DNA from: an uncultured virus (IMG/VR IMGVR_UViG_3300036944_000852)
Lineage: Duplodnaviria; Heunggongvirae; Uroviricota; Caudoviricetes
IMG/VR virus record: IMGVR_UViG_3300036944_000852
Direction: 5' to 3' (one strand)
Length of the DNA: 64,000 nucleotides
Shown here: piece after piece, positions 9,662-21,015 of the stretch
Numbering within the stretch: the stretch's first letter is position 1
Layout of the letters: every line of letters begins with the position of its first letter
The notes under the pieces: generated by a model
Databases searched by the model: none
What the model was told of the DNA's origin: nothing
What the model saw: only the letters and a program-made list of their open reading frames with translations
Program-made: the position numbers and the translations under genes

Positions 9662-9744
9662 ATACAAGCTTAGGTCTAAGTTTGTATGACATTTATGTAC
9701 ACAAGCTTTTGTACATTAACCAACAAAATACTGGTATACAGTAT
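9662..9744. repeat. Three tandem palindromes in an AT-rich divergent intergenic region
   Basis: 9662-9687 ATACAAGCTTAGGTCTAAGTTTGTAT; 9695-9716 ATGTACACAAGCTTTTGTACAT; 9728-9744 ATACTG-N5-CAGTAT. Confidence 0.6.
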
Positions 9745-9807
9745 GCTATATTTAGTACCTTATTGATTACTACTAATATAGTATATTTAAGCAGATATAC
9801 TAGAGAC

Positions 9808-9849
9808 ATGAAAATATCCGTGACGCTAGTAGGCAACCATGAGAAATAA
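9808..9849 (+). CDS. Putative 13-aa leaderless upstream ORF (MKISVTLVGNHEK)
   Basis: TATACT (9796-9801)-N6-ATG; overlaps the start of 9839 in another frame. Confidence 0.3.
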   Translation: MKISVTLVGNHEK

Positions 9850-10456
9850 TAACTTATATTATCTGGTCAAAAACGCACTCTCGCCAACTGAGATAGAGGC
9901 CTTACACAAGTATGTTTACGTAGATACGGAACCGGACAGACGTCCAAACTATACCCATAAAGGGATCACAATCCAAGATTTCTACGAGGCGGCTTCACCA
10001 GAGGTAGTGTCACTCCATAAAGCCATAGAGACTTGCTATAGAACGTTTACTCAAAATTACACATTCAACTACAACAGGTTTGAGCTAAAAAGGCTGTTTG
10101 GAAATATCATGGGCCCAGGAGCAATCAACGATGCTCACGATGATGATGGTGATGTCTACCCGGGCAAGCCAGAGATCGAGGAGCACTACTCCGCGATACT
10201 TATGCTCACCAGCGACTACTCGGGCGGGGAGCTGTATTTCGAACACCACGGGGTCGAGCTGAAACTAGATGCCGGAGACTTGATAATGTTTAGAGGTAAC
10301 GCAGATAACCTTCACGGTGTCAGGGAAGTCATCTCTGGACAGCGAGCCAATGTGATCATCTTCTTCAGGAACTACCCGATGGATATGGATATAGATGATG
10401 ATAAGTGGTTGGAGCTAGTTTCTGACTGGGAGAAGGCTGATAATGGTTCACTATAG
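9839..10456 (+). CDS. Prolyl 4-hydroxylase-like 2OG-Fe(II) oxygenase
   Basis: HDD, DYSGGELYF, HGVREVISGQR; close paralogue of 9006..9626. Confidence 0.85.
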   Translation: MRNNNLYYLVKNALSPTEIEALHKYVYVDTEPDRRPNYTHKGITIQDFYEAASPEVVSLHKAIETCYRTFTQNYTFNYNRFELKRLFGNIMGPGAINDAHDDDGDVYPGKPEIEEHYSAILMLTSDYSGGELYFEHHGVELKLDAGDLIMFRGNADNLHGVREVISGQRANVIIFFRNYPMDMDIDDDKWLELVSDWEKADNGSL

Positions 10457-11468
10457 GAGCAGCTCACTACCCTCCAACTGGGACATCTCAGCGGTGCCAA
10501 AGTCTTTGGATATGTCTTATATCTGTTTAGAACTACAAAGTGAAGACTTTTACTGCGAGCCACTTAAAGATATAAAAGATAAAACAGGCCATAATTTCAG
10601 GTTAGAATCTAATGATTTATTCAAATCAGCAGTTACTAAATACTTAATAAGACTAGAAGACCCGTTCTTTCATGTTATTTACGATTCTTTAGCGTTAATC
10701 TTGACGTTGCATAAGCTTGATCCAGATGCAATCTTTATTCTCTATAGACCGAGAAGAGAGTCAGAGAGTAGCACGAAGATATACGACTACTTTGAGGAAC
10801 TTTTTAATTTTAAATCTCTAAAGTACGTAATGCTGCATCCAGCTAAGGATGAAACAACAAACGACATGGGGTACTACTCTCCTGTTATAGAGACATTTAA
10901 TTATTTAGATATAGTTAAATACTTAAACCGAAATGACATGTACTTTACTCTTGATGACCATCTACTAGTGTCCAGGGAAATCCTGAGCCACTTAGGGCCC
11001 AGTTCAGTTAGCCCTTATAGAAAGGTCTACCTTTCTCGATCCCACATAAATCACAGGCGTTATAAAACAAGAAAAGACCACGTGGGACACAAGGATGACA
11101 TAAGACTTGACAACGAGGAGCTTTTAGAAGACTTTTTTACGTCTAAAGGGTATGACATAGTGGTCCCAGAAATGAAGTTCAAAACTTTCAGGGAGCAGCT
11201 AGAGTACATGAGATCTGTAAAAGTTCTGGCCTCTGTGACTAGTTCAGGAATAACAAATGCTCTTTTTATGGAAGATGGTCAATTTGTTATTGAGATAGTA
11301 GCAGAGTTGGTATTCCCGGCTGAAAATCTAACCACAAAGCAAACACTTTTTAGCAACTACATTGAAACATCATATGAAAAGCTGCATACACACATATATC
11401 TGCCCTCAAGGCGTGACCCAAAACCAGTAATAGAGGTACTAAAAACTCTAGTGGACGCTCTCAACTAA
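10443..11468 (+). CDS. Glycosyltransferase family 61 (DUF563)-like
   Basis: KVYLSR...R..NEELLE.FF...GY.IV.PE...F.EQL.....VLASVTSSGITNALFM..G..VIEI. Confidence 0.7.
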   Translation: MVHYRSSSLPSNWDISAVPKSLDMSYICLELQSEDFYCEPLKDIKDKTGHNFRLESNDLFKSAVTKYLIRLEDPFFHVIYDSLALILTLHKLDPDAIFILYRPRRESESSTKIYDYFEELFNFKSLKYVMLHPAKDETTNDMGYYSPVIETFNYLDIVKYLNRNDMYFTLDDHLLVSREILSHLGPSSVSPYRKVYLSRSHINHRRYKTRKDHVGHKDDIRLDNEELLEDFFTSKGYDIVVPEMKFKTFREQLEYMRSVKVLASVTSSGITNALFMEDGQFVIEIVAELVFPAENLTTKQTLFSNYIETSYEKLHTHIYLPSRRDPKPVIEVLKTLVDALN

Positions 11469-12091
11469 TGAACCCGGCAATCATTTTTGATTTAGATGGT
11501 GTACTTATAGACAGCAAAGAGCTTCACTACGATGCTCTAAATCTTGCGCTAAAGAGCATTAATGAAAAGTACATGATCGCTAGACAAGAACAAGATTCCA
11601 TCTACGAAGGTCTAACTACTAGATCAAAGTTAGATATTCTTACGCATACCAAGGCGCTGCCAAGAGATCTTCACGAACATATCTGGAGACTTAAGCAGCA
11701 ATACTCGTCTGCAATGTTCGAGGATATGCCATTGGACTTAGAGCTAGTAGATATCTTTAAATCTATTAAAAAGCAAGGAATTGCTCTAGGGATAGCTAGC
11801 AATAGCATTAGAGAGACTCTAAATAACTGTTTACGCTCAATAGGCGTTTACGAATACGTAGATGTGTGTCTAAGCAACGAAGATGTAGATAACCCAAAGC
11901 CTAGCCCTGAGATATACAATCTCTGCATGTTAATGCTGGGCTCAGCCCCGGGAAGCACTGTCATTTTTGAAGATAGTAATATTGGTAGAGAAGCCGCCAG
12001 ACAGAGCGGTGCATTTCTGGTAGAAGTTGGTAGTAGGCAGGATCTAACCATGAGGTTTATCTCTAATAAGATAGCGAGCTATCTTGAATAA
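11468..12091 (+). CDS. HAD-family phosphatase
   Basis: FDLDGVL, ASNS, KPSPEIY, FEDS..G..AA. Confidence 0.9.
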   Translation: MNPAIIFDLDGVLIDSKELHYDALNLALKSINEKYMIARQEQDSIYEGLTTRSKLDILTHTKALPRDLHEHIWRLKQQYSSAMFEDMPLDLELVDIFKSIKKQGIALGIASNSIRETLNNCLRSIGVYEYVDVCLSNEDVDNPKPSPEIYNLCMLMLGSAPGSTVIFEDSNIGREAARQSGAFLVEVGSRQDLTMRFISNKIASYLE

Positions 12092-12800
12092 GCTAAATAT
12101 CCTAATTCCAATGGCGGGTCTAGGGAGTAGATTTGCTGATAAAGGTTACGAGCTACCAAAACCGCTGATTAAATTTCTTGGTAAACCGATGATTCAGCAC
12201 GTGGTGGAGAGTTTAGCCATTGACGGTCATTACATTTTCTTGGTGCAGAAGGCTCATCGCGTTACTTATCACTTAGACGACGTGCTAGATGGGATTGCCC
12301 CGGGGTGCTCGATTGTAGAAGTAGACGGACTGACAGAGGGTGCCGCAAGTACTAGTCTTCTAGCCAAACACTTAATCAACAACCAAAACCCGCTAGTCAT
12401 CGCTAATTCTGACCAAATAGTTACCTGGGACTCATTATATTTTCTAGAGTTGCTAACTGCCTCTGATGGCATTACCGCCGTCTTCGAGGCTAACGACCCT
12501 AAGTGGTCTTACGTAACCTCAGATGACGGAGTATCTGTGACGGGTGTAGTGGAGAAGCAAGTTGTCAGTAACATCGCTAATGTTGGAATCTATGGCTGGG
12601 CTAGTGGAGCCGAATATGTCCGAGCTGCAGAGAGGATGATTGCTAAGGATATTCGTACAAATAGTGAGTTCTACATTGCCCCTGCATACAACGAGGCTAT
12701 AGCTAACGGTGCACACATAGTAACGTTGCAAGTAGAAGAGATGCATGGCGTTGGGACACCTGAAGACCTGGACAAATATATTAGGAGCACCGTTGATTAA
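12084..12800 (+). CDS. Sugar-phosphate nucleotidyltransferase-like protein
   Basis: IPMAGLGSRF...GY..PKPLI...GKPMI, TEGAA, ANSDQ, VVEK, GTPEDL. Confidence 0.85.
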   Translation: MNKLNILIPMAGLGSRFADKGYELPKPLIKFLGKPMIQHVVESLAIDGHYIFLVQKAHRVTYHLDDVLDGIAPGCSIVEVDGLTEGAASTSLLAKHLINNQNPLVIANSDQIVTWDSLYFLELLTASDGITAVFEANDPKWSYVTSDDGVSVTGVVEKQVVSNIANVGIYGWASGAEYVRAAERMIAKDIRTNSEFYIAPAYNEAIANGAHIVTLQVEEMHGVGTPEDLDKYIRSTVD

Positions 12801-13272
12801 GATTGCACATCGAGGCAACTTGAATGGCCCGTCTCATAGAGAGAATCAGCCGTCATACCTAATGGAGGCTATTGAAGCCGGTTACGAAGTAGAACTTGAT
12901 TTATGGGTGGCTAGCAACCGCCTATGGCTAGGGCATGATGGACCATCCTACTTAGTCACTGAAAGTTTTTTATTGGAGATTGGCCATGCTGCATGGATCC
13001 ACTGCAAGAACTTAGAGGCATTGCACTTCTTAGCGACAACCTTCCCGCAGCTTAGGTATTTCTGGCATCAAGAAGATGACTTTACTCTTACCAGTGACGG
13101 ATACATTTGGACATACCCAGGTAAGCCAACGACAGATAGATCGATACTAGTTAGTTTAGGCAAGACCCTGCCAGAAAGCAGCCCGTACGGAGTCTGTTCT
13201 GATTATGTGGTGGACCTGGCGGGAATTGAACCCGCGTCCAATGAAAGTTCCATCGTTCTTCTACAAGCTTAG
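12793..13272 (+). CDS. Glycerophosphodiester phosphodiesterase-like protein
   Basis: IAHRGN, EN.P, VELDLW, LGHD, WIHCKN, GVCSD. Start moved to TTG 12793 after an AGGAG RBS; the 3' end overlaps the tmRNA antisense. Confidence 0.75.
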   Translation: MIKIAHRGNLNGPSHRENQPSYLMEAIEAGYEVELDLWVASNRLWLGHDGPSYLVTESFLLEIGHAAWIHCKNLEALHFLATTFPQLRYFWHQEDDFTLTSDGYIWTYPGKPTTDRSILVSLGKTLPESSPYGVCSDYVVDLAGIEPASNESSIVLLQA

Positions 13273-13531
13273 GCTTTACCAGCCACGGTGGTGCATGTTG
13301 CGCAACGCGCAACGCGTACGGTTTAGGTCGTCACCTTTGGTTGTTCTACTTATTTAAGACCTAACTGCCCACCTAGAACTAGTGCTTTGTTAGGGGCGTC
13401 TAGCAGTTTTTAGGCTGCTAGTGCGAATGCTGAACGTGAGTTTGCATTTATTGCTTTGCCCGATTTAAGAGGTACAGGCTTCTCTGCTTGCTTCACCGAC
13501 TTCAGTTTCACTGTCGAAACCAGTCAGGCCC
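13208..13531 (-). ncRNA. ssrA: tmRNA, tag (A)ANSRSAFALAA*
   Basis: 5' GGGCCTGA..TTCGAC; 3' GACGCGGGTTCAATTCCCGCCAGGTCCACCA; G3.U70 Ala identity pair; tag ORF 13445..13410 after ATAAAT, ending ALAA-TAA. Confidence 0.93.
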
Positions 13532-13556
13532 ATATTTAGTTGTTCTTTAATTATAG

Positions 13557-13628
13557 CTCCCCTCCATGGATTCGAACCATGAACCTACGAGTTAACAGCT
13601 CGTTGCTCTGCCGTTGAGCTAGAGAGGA
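13557..13628 (-). tRNA. tRNA-Asn(GTT), CCA not encoded
   Basis: Acceptor TCCTCTC/GAGGGGA, D arm GCTC..GAGC, anticodon arm ACGAG-CTGTTAA-CTCGT, T loop TTCGAAT. Confidence 0.92.
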
Positions 13629-13658
13629 TTGATTGTATCTGTATTCTATACTATATTT

Positions 13659-14243
13659 ATGGATCAAATTGAAATCATTAAAACTGTAAAGAACTTCTTA
13701 ACTAAAGAAGAGATGCAGCTGTGGGTAGACTTTTGCGACTCTGCAGTTGAATCTAGGCAATCCGAGATGGCAATCTATGCCAACGGACTTAGGTATATCT
13801 TTCAATTTGGAAAAGATAAGTGCGACACCCACTACGCGTCAAACACTGATCTAAGTGCCATACCGGAGCTTGAGTCCGAGTCCAGAGATCTATTTTCTCG
13901 GATCATCTCCACTAGCAAAGACTTATTCGAGGACAACTCAGAAATTTATATGACAGGATTCTGGGCTTCTAAGCAGCTACCTGGTTCCTACGTGGGGGAA
14001 CACGAAGATACAGACGAAGGGTTGAACGATCACTTTAAATATAGTGCTGTCTTGTATCTAAACACTTTAGCCACCACCGGGCAGCTGTTATTTACAGATC
14101 TTGGGTTAACCATCAACCCCGAAGCCGGAGACTTAGTTATATTTAAATCACTGCCATCCGGAAAGCATAAAGTTGACCCGATCAATGAAGATAGATATAC
14201 CTTAGCCTTCTGGATGACAGAAGATGAAAATTATGCTATTTAG
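13659..14243 (+). CDS. Prolyl 4-hydroxylase-like 2OG-Fe(II) oxygenase
   Basis: HED, YSAVLYLN, PEAGDLVIF, HKV....DRY; start reset to the ATG after TATACT-N6. Confidence 0.85.
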   Translation: MDQIEIIKTVKNFLTKEEMQLWVDFCDSAVESRQSEMAIYANGLRYIFQFGKDKCDTHYASNTDLSAIPELESESRDLFSRIISTSKDLFEDNSEIYMTGFWASKQLPGSYVGEHEDTDEGLNDHFKYSAVLYLNTLATTGQLLFTDLGLTINPEAGDLVIFKSLPSGKHKVDPINEDRYTLAFWMTEDENYAI

Positions 14244-14370
14244 CTGTAACTAAGCGACGCTTCTGAGCGTCCCATACCTTTGGACGCTTCTTTACTGCCT
14301 TACCATTTTTGCGATCTGCACCAGAAGTGTTCTTAACTGGAGCCGCAGCTCCACCCTTGCCTTTTGCCAT
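14236..14370 (-). CDS. 44-aa Lys/Arg-rich small protein
   Basis: Not in the ORF track. AGGAGAG RBS; MAKGKGGAAAPVKNTSGADRKNGKAVKKRPKVWDAQKRRLVTAK*. Confidence 0.65.
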   Translation of the reverse strand: MAKGKGGAAAPVKNTSGADRKNGKAVKKRPKVWDAQKRRLVTAK

Positions 14371-14388
14371 TTTCTCTCCTTGTTTTGA

Positions 14389-14628
14389 TTAAATATCTAT
14401 GCCGCGATTTGTTGCACGCCAAGTAGACGGCGAGTGGTTTGCTTCAACCGCCTCTTTGTGGGTAGGGTCCTCGTATAGCCTAATGACATGGATGCAGGGG
14501 TCTCCGCCATCTTCGAATTCGGCATCTTCCGGCTCTGACGTAGGCAGTCCATCATGGGTGTTACATACGGCTGGGCCGCACCAACCCATAGTTATACCGT
14601 GGGTTAACCACTCTTCAAAATCTTGCAT
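14389..14628 (-). CDS. Hypothetical phage protein (Cys/His-containing)
   Basis: 79 aa, WCGP.VC.THDG.P...DPC.H.IRL; leaderless TATTAT-N6-ATG start. Confidence 0.7.
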   Translation of the reverse strand: MQDFEEWLTHGITMGWCGPAVCNTHDGLPTSEPEDAEFEDGGDPCIHVIRLYEDPTHKEAVEANHSPSTWRATNRGIDI

Positions 14629-14687
14629 ACATAAATAATAACCCCCACTGGACAGGACGTCAAGCGGGGGCTGTTATTGATTTAGGT

Positions 14688-14963
14688 TTATAGGCCAGTT
14701 TCTTCAGGCGAAGCTGTCTCAGACTTCTTACCCTTACCAGCTTGACCGCCGAATGCAGAGTTGATCTCGTCAACATCTAGCTTTCCGTCAATCATGTAGG
14801 CGCGTGACAGGTTCTCTGCAACGTCCATTACACCGATAAATGCAGCCATAGCGCCTGCTTGCCAGAGTTCAACTCCAGCGATCGAACCACCAGCAAAAGT
14901 ACCACTTACGCGAAGGATAATTAGTGCTGCAGTTCTTCTAAATACTTCAGGAAATACTCCCAT
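14688..14963 (-). CDS. Small membrane protein (possibly holin-like)
   Basis: GGAG RBS; two hydrophobic segments and a charged C-terminus. Confidence 0.55.
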   Translation of the reverse strand: MGVFPEVFRRTAALIILRVSGTFAGGSIAGVELWQAGAMAAFIGVMDVAENLSRAYMIDGKLDVDEINSAFGGQAGKGKKSETASPEETGL

Positions 14964-15024
14964 TTTAGCTCCTAGGATAGATGCGATTAATATGCTTCTC
15001 TCCCAAGCAGTTCAATTGTACCAC

Positions 15025-15351
15025 TTACCAGAGGTTAGGAGTAGGAGCCTTCCTTTTTAAGGTGATATTGGTTCTCTTTCTGAGCGACTCCCGCTGCGAT
15101 TCGGTAGTGCCACCCCAGATACCAATCTCTGCGTTTTTAAGCGCATACTCCAGGCACTGCATAGCTAGGGGGCAGCCGGCACACACTCGTTTAGCCTCTG
15201 ATAAATTTGAATATTTAGATACAACTTTATTCGGACCAACTTCAAGTTCCTGGGGGAAAAACAGTTCAGGATCGACATCAGAGCAAGCTGGAGTATTGTC
15301 TCCAATAAATTGAGGAATTGACAGATCTCTAATACCTACCCGTTGTGTCAT
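15025..15351 (-). CDS. whiB: WhiB-family Fe-S transcription regulator
   Basis: C...DPELFFP, AKRVCAGCP...QCLEYAL, GIWGG, basic tail. Confidence 0.93.
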   Translation of the reverse strand: MTQRVGIRDLSIPQFIGDNTPACSDVDPELFFPQELEVGPNKVVSKYSNLSEAKRVCAGCPLAMQCLEYALKNAEIGIWGGTTESQRESLRKRTNITLKRKAPTPNLW

Positions 15352-15354
15352 TAA

Positions 15355-15540
15355 TTATCCTCGTTTTGCGCTGAACCCAGTTCCGTTAAACGTGATGGGC
15401 GGTGTACCGAATATACGTAATAGCTTACCGTTACACTCAGCCTCTGCGCAAGTCGATCTAGTAGCTTCTTCTGACATTCCACGTTTTTCTGAGAACGTGT
15501 GCTCAGGGTTCTCTGAGCATTTATATTCGTACGTAGGCAA
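15355..15540 (-). CDS. FmdB-family zinc-ribbon protein
   Basis: MPTYEYKC...H.F...C..C.....RIF....I.F.G.GF; TTG start after GGAG. Confidence 0.8.
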   Translation of the reverse strand: MPTYEYKCSENPEHTFSEKRGMSEEATRSTCAEAECNGKLLRIFGTPPITFNGTGFSAKRG

Positions 15541-15601
15541 GGCATCTCTCCCGAACTGGTAGCATTGATATTATAAATTGTATCAATAGGAGAGAGCGCC
15601 A

Positions 15602-16900
15602 GTGGCAACTACCTACATCCTCGACACCAGTGTATTACTGTCTAGCCCAAAATCTATATTTTCTTTCGAGGAGCACGAAGTTGTTCTCCCGTTAATAGTC
15701 ATAAAAGAGCTAGAGACTAAAAGAAATGATCCAGAGATTGGATATCTAGCCAGACAGGCACTCCGTTCTTTAGAAGAGCTTAGACAATCTAAAGGTGACT
15801 TAAAAACTGGTGTTGTAGTCAATGCCGACAGTGGCACTTTACGAGTAGAGGTTAGCCCGGGAGATAGATCCCTATTGCCAGAAACTTTGAGAGACAGCTA
15901 TTCTCACGACACTGCAATACTTTCTGTAGCAGCTACCTTGTCTAGTAGCGGGCAGAAAGTTGTACTAGTAAGTAAAGATCTTCCAATGCGGCTTTTAGCC
16001 TCAACGGCAGTTAATATTGTTGCAGAAGACTACAGAGCCGACATTTTGCCAGACTCCGGATACACTGGATTGGTTCAGGTCCAAGTGACCAAAGAAGTTT
16101 TGGACTCTTTATACGAAAATAAAACACTAAGAACTAGTTCCGTGAGCGAGGAACTAAAAGATGTTCCAGTTCATACGGGAGTTATTCTGAAATCCGGTAG
16201 ATCATCAGCTATTGCCAGAATTACCACTAGCGGCTCAGTTGAATTGATTCCGCAAGATCTTGAAGCTTTTGGGGTTCGCGGTAGATCTGCAGAGCAGAGA
16301 ATTGCTCTAGCTCACCTACTAGACCACTCTATTGGCGTGGTTTCCATGAGCGGAAGCGGCGGAACCGGAAAAAGCATGCTGGCTTTAGCAGCTGGCCTAG
16401 ATTCCGTCTTAGAGCAGCGGACTCACAAAAAGATAGTTGTGTTTAGGCCACTGTTTGCAGTTGGTGGTCAGGAGCTTGGCTTCTTGCCGGGTAGCGAAGC
16501 CGAGAAGATGAACCCTTGGGCTGCGGCTGTTTATGATGCACTAAGCGCTTTTGCGTCTAAAAATGCCATTGAAGACGTTATGGATCGAGGAATTATTGAG
16601 GTTCTACCATTAACTCACATTCGTGGTAGAACTTTCACTGACACAATCATAATTGTCGATGAAGCTCAGAACCTAGAGCGCAATGTACTACTCACCGCTC
16701 TAAGTAGGACAGGTGATAATACTCGCGTCTTTATAAGCAGTGACGTTGCTCAGAGAGATAACCTGCGCGTGGGTCGCCACGATGGCATTGCCTCAGTGGT
16801 AGAGAAGCTTAAGGGAGAAGAGCTATTCGCTCACATAAAGCTGACCAGATCTGAGCGCAGTAGAGTAGCAGAGATGGTAACCAGACTACTCGACGAGTAG
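15602..16900 (+). CDS. phoH: PIN-PhoH (PhoH2-type) ATPase
   Basis: N-terminal PIN (ILDTSVLL, LVSKD); GSGGTGKS, LGFLPG, HIRGRT, VDEAQN, Q.D motifs. Confidence 0.92.
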   Translation: MATTYILDTSVLLSSPKSIFSFEEHEVVLPLIVIKELETKRNDPEIGYLARQALRSLEELRQSKGDLKTGVVVNADSGTLRVEVSPGDRSLLPETLRDSYSHDTAILSVAATLSSSGQKVVLVSKDLPMRLLASTAVNIVAEDYRADILPDSGYTGLVQVQVTKEVLDSLYENKTLRTSSVSEELKDVPVHTGVILKSGRSSAIARITTSGSVELIPQDLEAFGVRGRSAEQRIALAHLLDHSIGVVSMSGSGGTGKSMLALAAGLDSVLEQRTHKKIVVFRPLFAVGGQELGFLPGSEAEKMNPWAAAVYDALSAFASKNAIEDVMDRGIIEVLPLTHIRGRTFTDTIIIVDEAQNLERNVLLTALSRTGDNTRVFISSDVAQRDNLRVGRHDGIASVVEKLKGEELFAHIKLTRSERSRVAEMVTRLLDE

Positions 16901-16910
16901 CCCCCAACGA

Positions 16911-16942
16911 GAAAACCCCCTCTTTCGAGGGGGTTTCTTTTT
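16911..16942. terminator. Bidirectional rho-independent terminator
   Basis: AAACCCCCTC-TTTC-GAGGGGGTTT hairpin with A/T runs, between convergent genes. Confidence 0.85.
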
Positions 16943-16991
16943 AGTTGTCCTTACCGCACGGGCAGGTTCCACCGCATTTGCAGCCGTCCAT
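16941..16991 (-). CDS. 16-aa Cys-rich micropeptide MDGCKCGGTCPCGKDN
   Basis: AAGGAGG RBS overlapping the nrdF stop, ATG at 16991, TAA directly before the terminator. Confidence 0.55.
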   Translation of the reverse strand: MDGCKCGGTCPCGKDN

Positions 16992-17000
16992 GATTCCTCC

Positions 17001-20031
<3,031 letters not shown>

Positions 20032-20059
<28 letters not shown>

Positions 20060-20448
20060 AGTAGGTCGAGCCTCTCTTTTACTTGTTCTACGTCGTCTGG
20101 TGTTCCCATAATTTCAACGCGATACAGCAAAGGTACACCAGTTTTTGCTGAAATCATTTCGGCAGCCCGACAATAGTGGTCACCAAAATTTGTATTGCCC
20201 ATTCCGACAACACCGCGTAGCAGCTCTCTGTTGGCCTTAAAATTTAAAAACTTCTTGACCTGAACAGGGATTGTAGTTCCCTCATTGCCACCACCATAAG
20301 TGGGGACTACGAGTATGTACTCTTTTGTAGCCATAAGAGGCTCGTCACCGTTCCACCGGATAGGTATCCTGTGGTTTGGTAGGTCTAACTTCTCTACAAA
20401 CCTGTGCGTATTGTTAGAGACATTAGAAAAATATACAATGTCATACAC
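20032..20448 (-). CDS. nrdI: NrdI flavodoxin-like protein
   Basis: YFS.VS.NTHRFV.KL, PTYGGG, GNTNFG, E.MGT. Confidence 0.95.
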
Positions 20449-20450
20449 TT

Positions 20451-20669
20451 TTACGCAAGTGCAGATAGCTTGTCTGGGCGGAAACCGCTCCAGTGCTCAT
20501 CACCAGCAATCACAACGGGGGCAGCCTGGTACCCCAAAGACTTTACAAGTTCCATAGCCGCGACATCTTCGCTCAAATCTACAACCTCGAAAAATACATC
20601 CTTGTTTGTCAAGTATTTCTTAGTGCTTTCGCATTGAACACAAGCAGGAAGGGTGTACACAGTTACCAT
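20451..20669 (-). CDS. nrdH: NrdH glutaredoxin-like protein
   Basis: CVQC, APVV, WSGFRPD. Confidence 0.95.
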   Translation of the reverse strand: MVTVYTLPACVQCESTKKYLTNKDVFFEVVDLSEDVAAMELVKSLGYQAAPVVIAGDEHWSGFRPDKLSALA

Positions 20670-20755
20670 TTTATTGGTACCTTTCGATGTTTAGACGAGA
20701 AATCCTGACGCTTATCGACCAATAAATTGATCACGTCAGGACTGATTGGATAACC

Positions 20756-20777
20756 AGTATAGAACAAAATCTAGTAG
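20756..20777 (-). promoter_or_regulatory. -10 box (TATACT) of nrdHIEF with an adjacent NrdR-box-like site
   Basis: Minus strand ctaCTAGATTTTGttc resembles the acaCwAtATaTwGtgt consensus and abuts TATACT. Confidence 0.4.
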
Positions 20778-20784
20778 TTGATTT

Positions 20785-21015
20785 TTATTCTTCTGCTAAG
20801 AATAGCGATTCAACGATCTCTTTGCAAATTGGGCAGACTGGAAACTTTTTTGGGTCCCTACTCGGGATAAATAGTTCGCCGCAGAGAGCCAAGACCGGTT
20901 TACCCATGACGTACCCTTCGGTCACTGACACTGATTCAGCATAGTGAGCGTACTTAGGTACTGCCGTATTTGCAGTTAGCTTCTCTGTAGAAGTGTCTTC
21001 AAGAGCAATGTTCAT
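20785..21015 (-). CDS. DUF3039-like actinobacterial protein
   Basis: YAHY......EG.VMG.PV.ALCG..F.P.RDP.KFPVCP.CKEI; start reset to ATG 21015 after TATACT-N6. Confidence 0.8.
   Translation of the reverse strand: MNIALEDTSTEKLTANTAVPKYAHYAESVSVTEGYVMGKPVLALCGELFIPSRDPKKFPVCPICKEIVESLFLAEE

Noticed and set aside
9649..9849. 66-aa ORF across the AT-rich intergenic region
   Set aside because: It has no RBS and atypical composition, and it overlaps palindromes and promoters. Only the last 13 codons are kept as a possible uORF.
6606..13531. Prophage boundary or attachment site at ssrA using the serine recombinase
   Set aside because: Phage-type genes lie on both sides, no duplicated ssrA 3' end is found, and the enzyme is too short for a large serine integrase.
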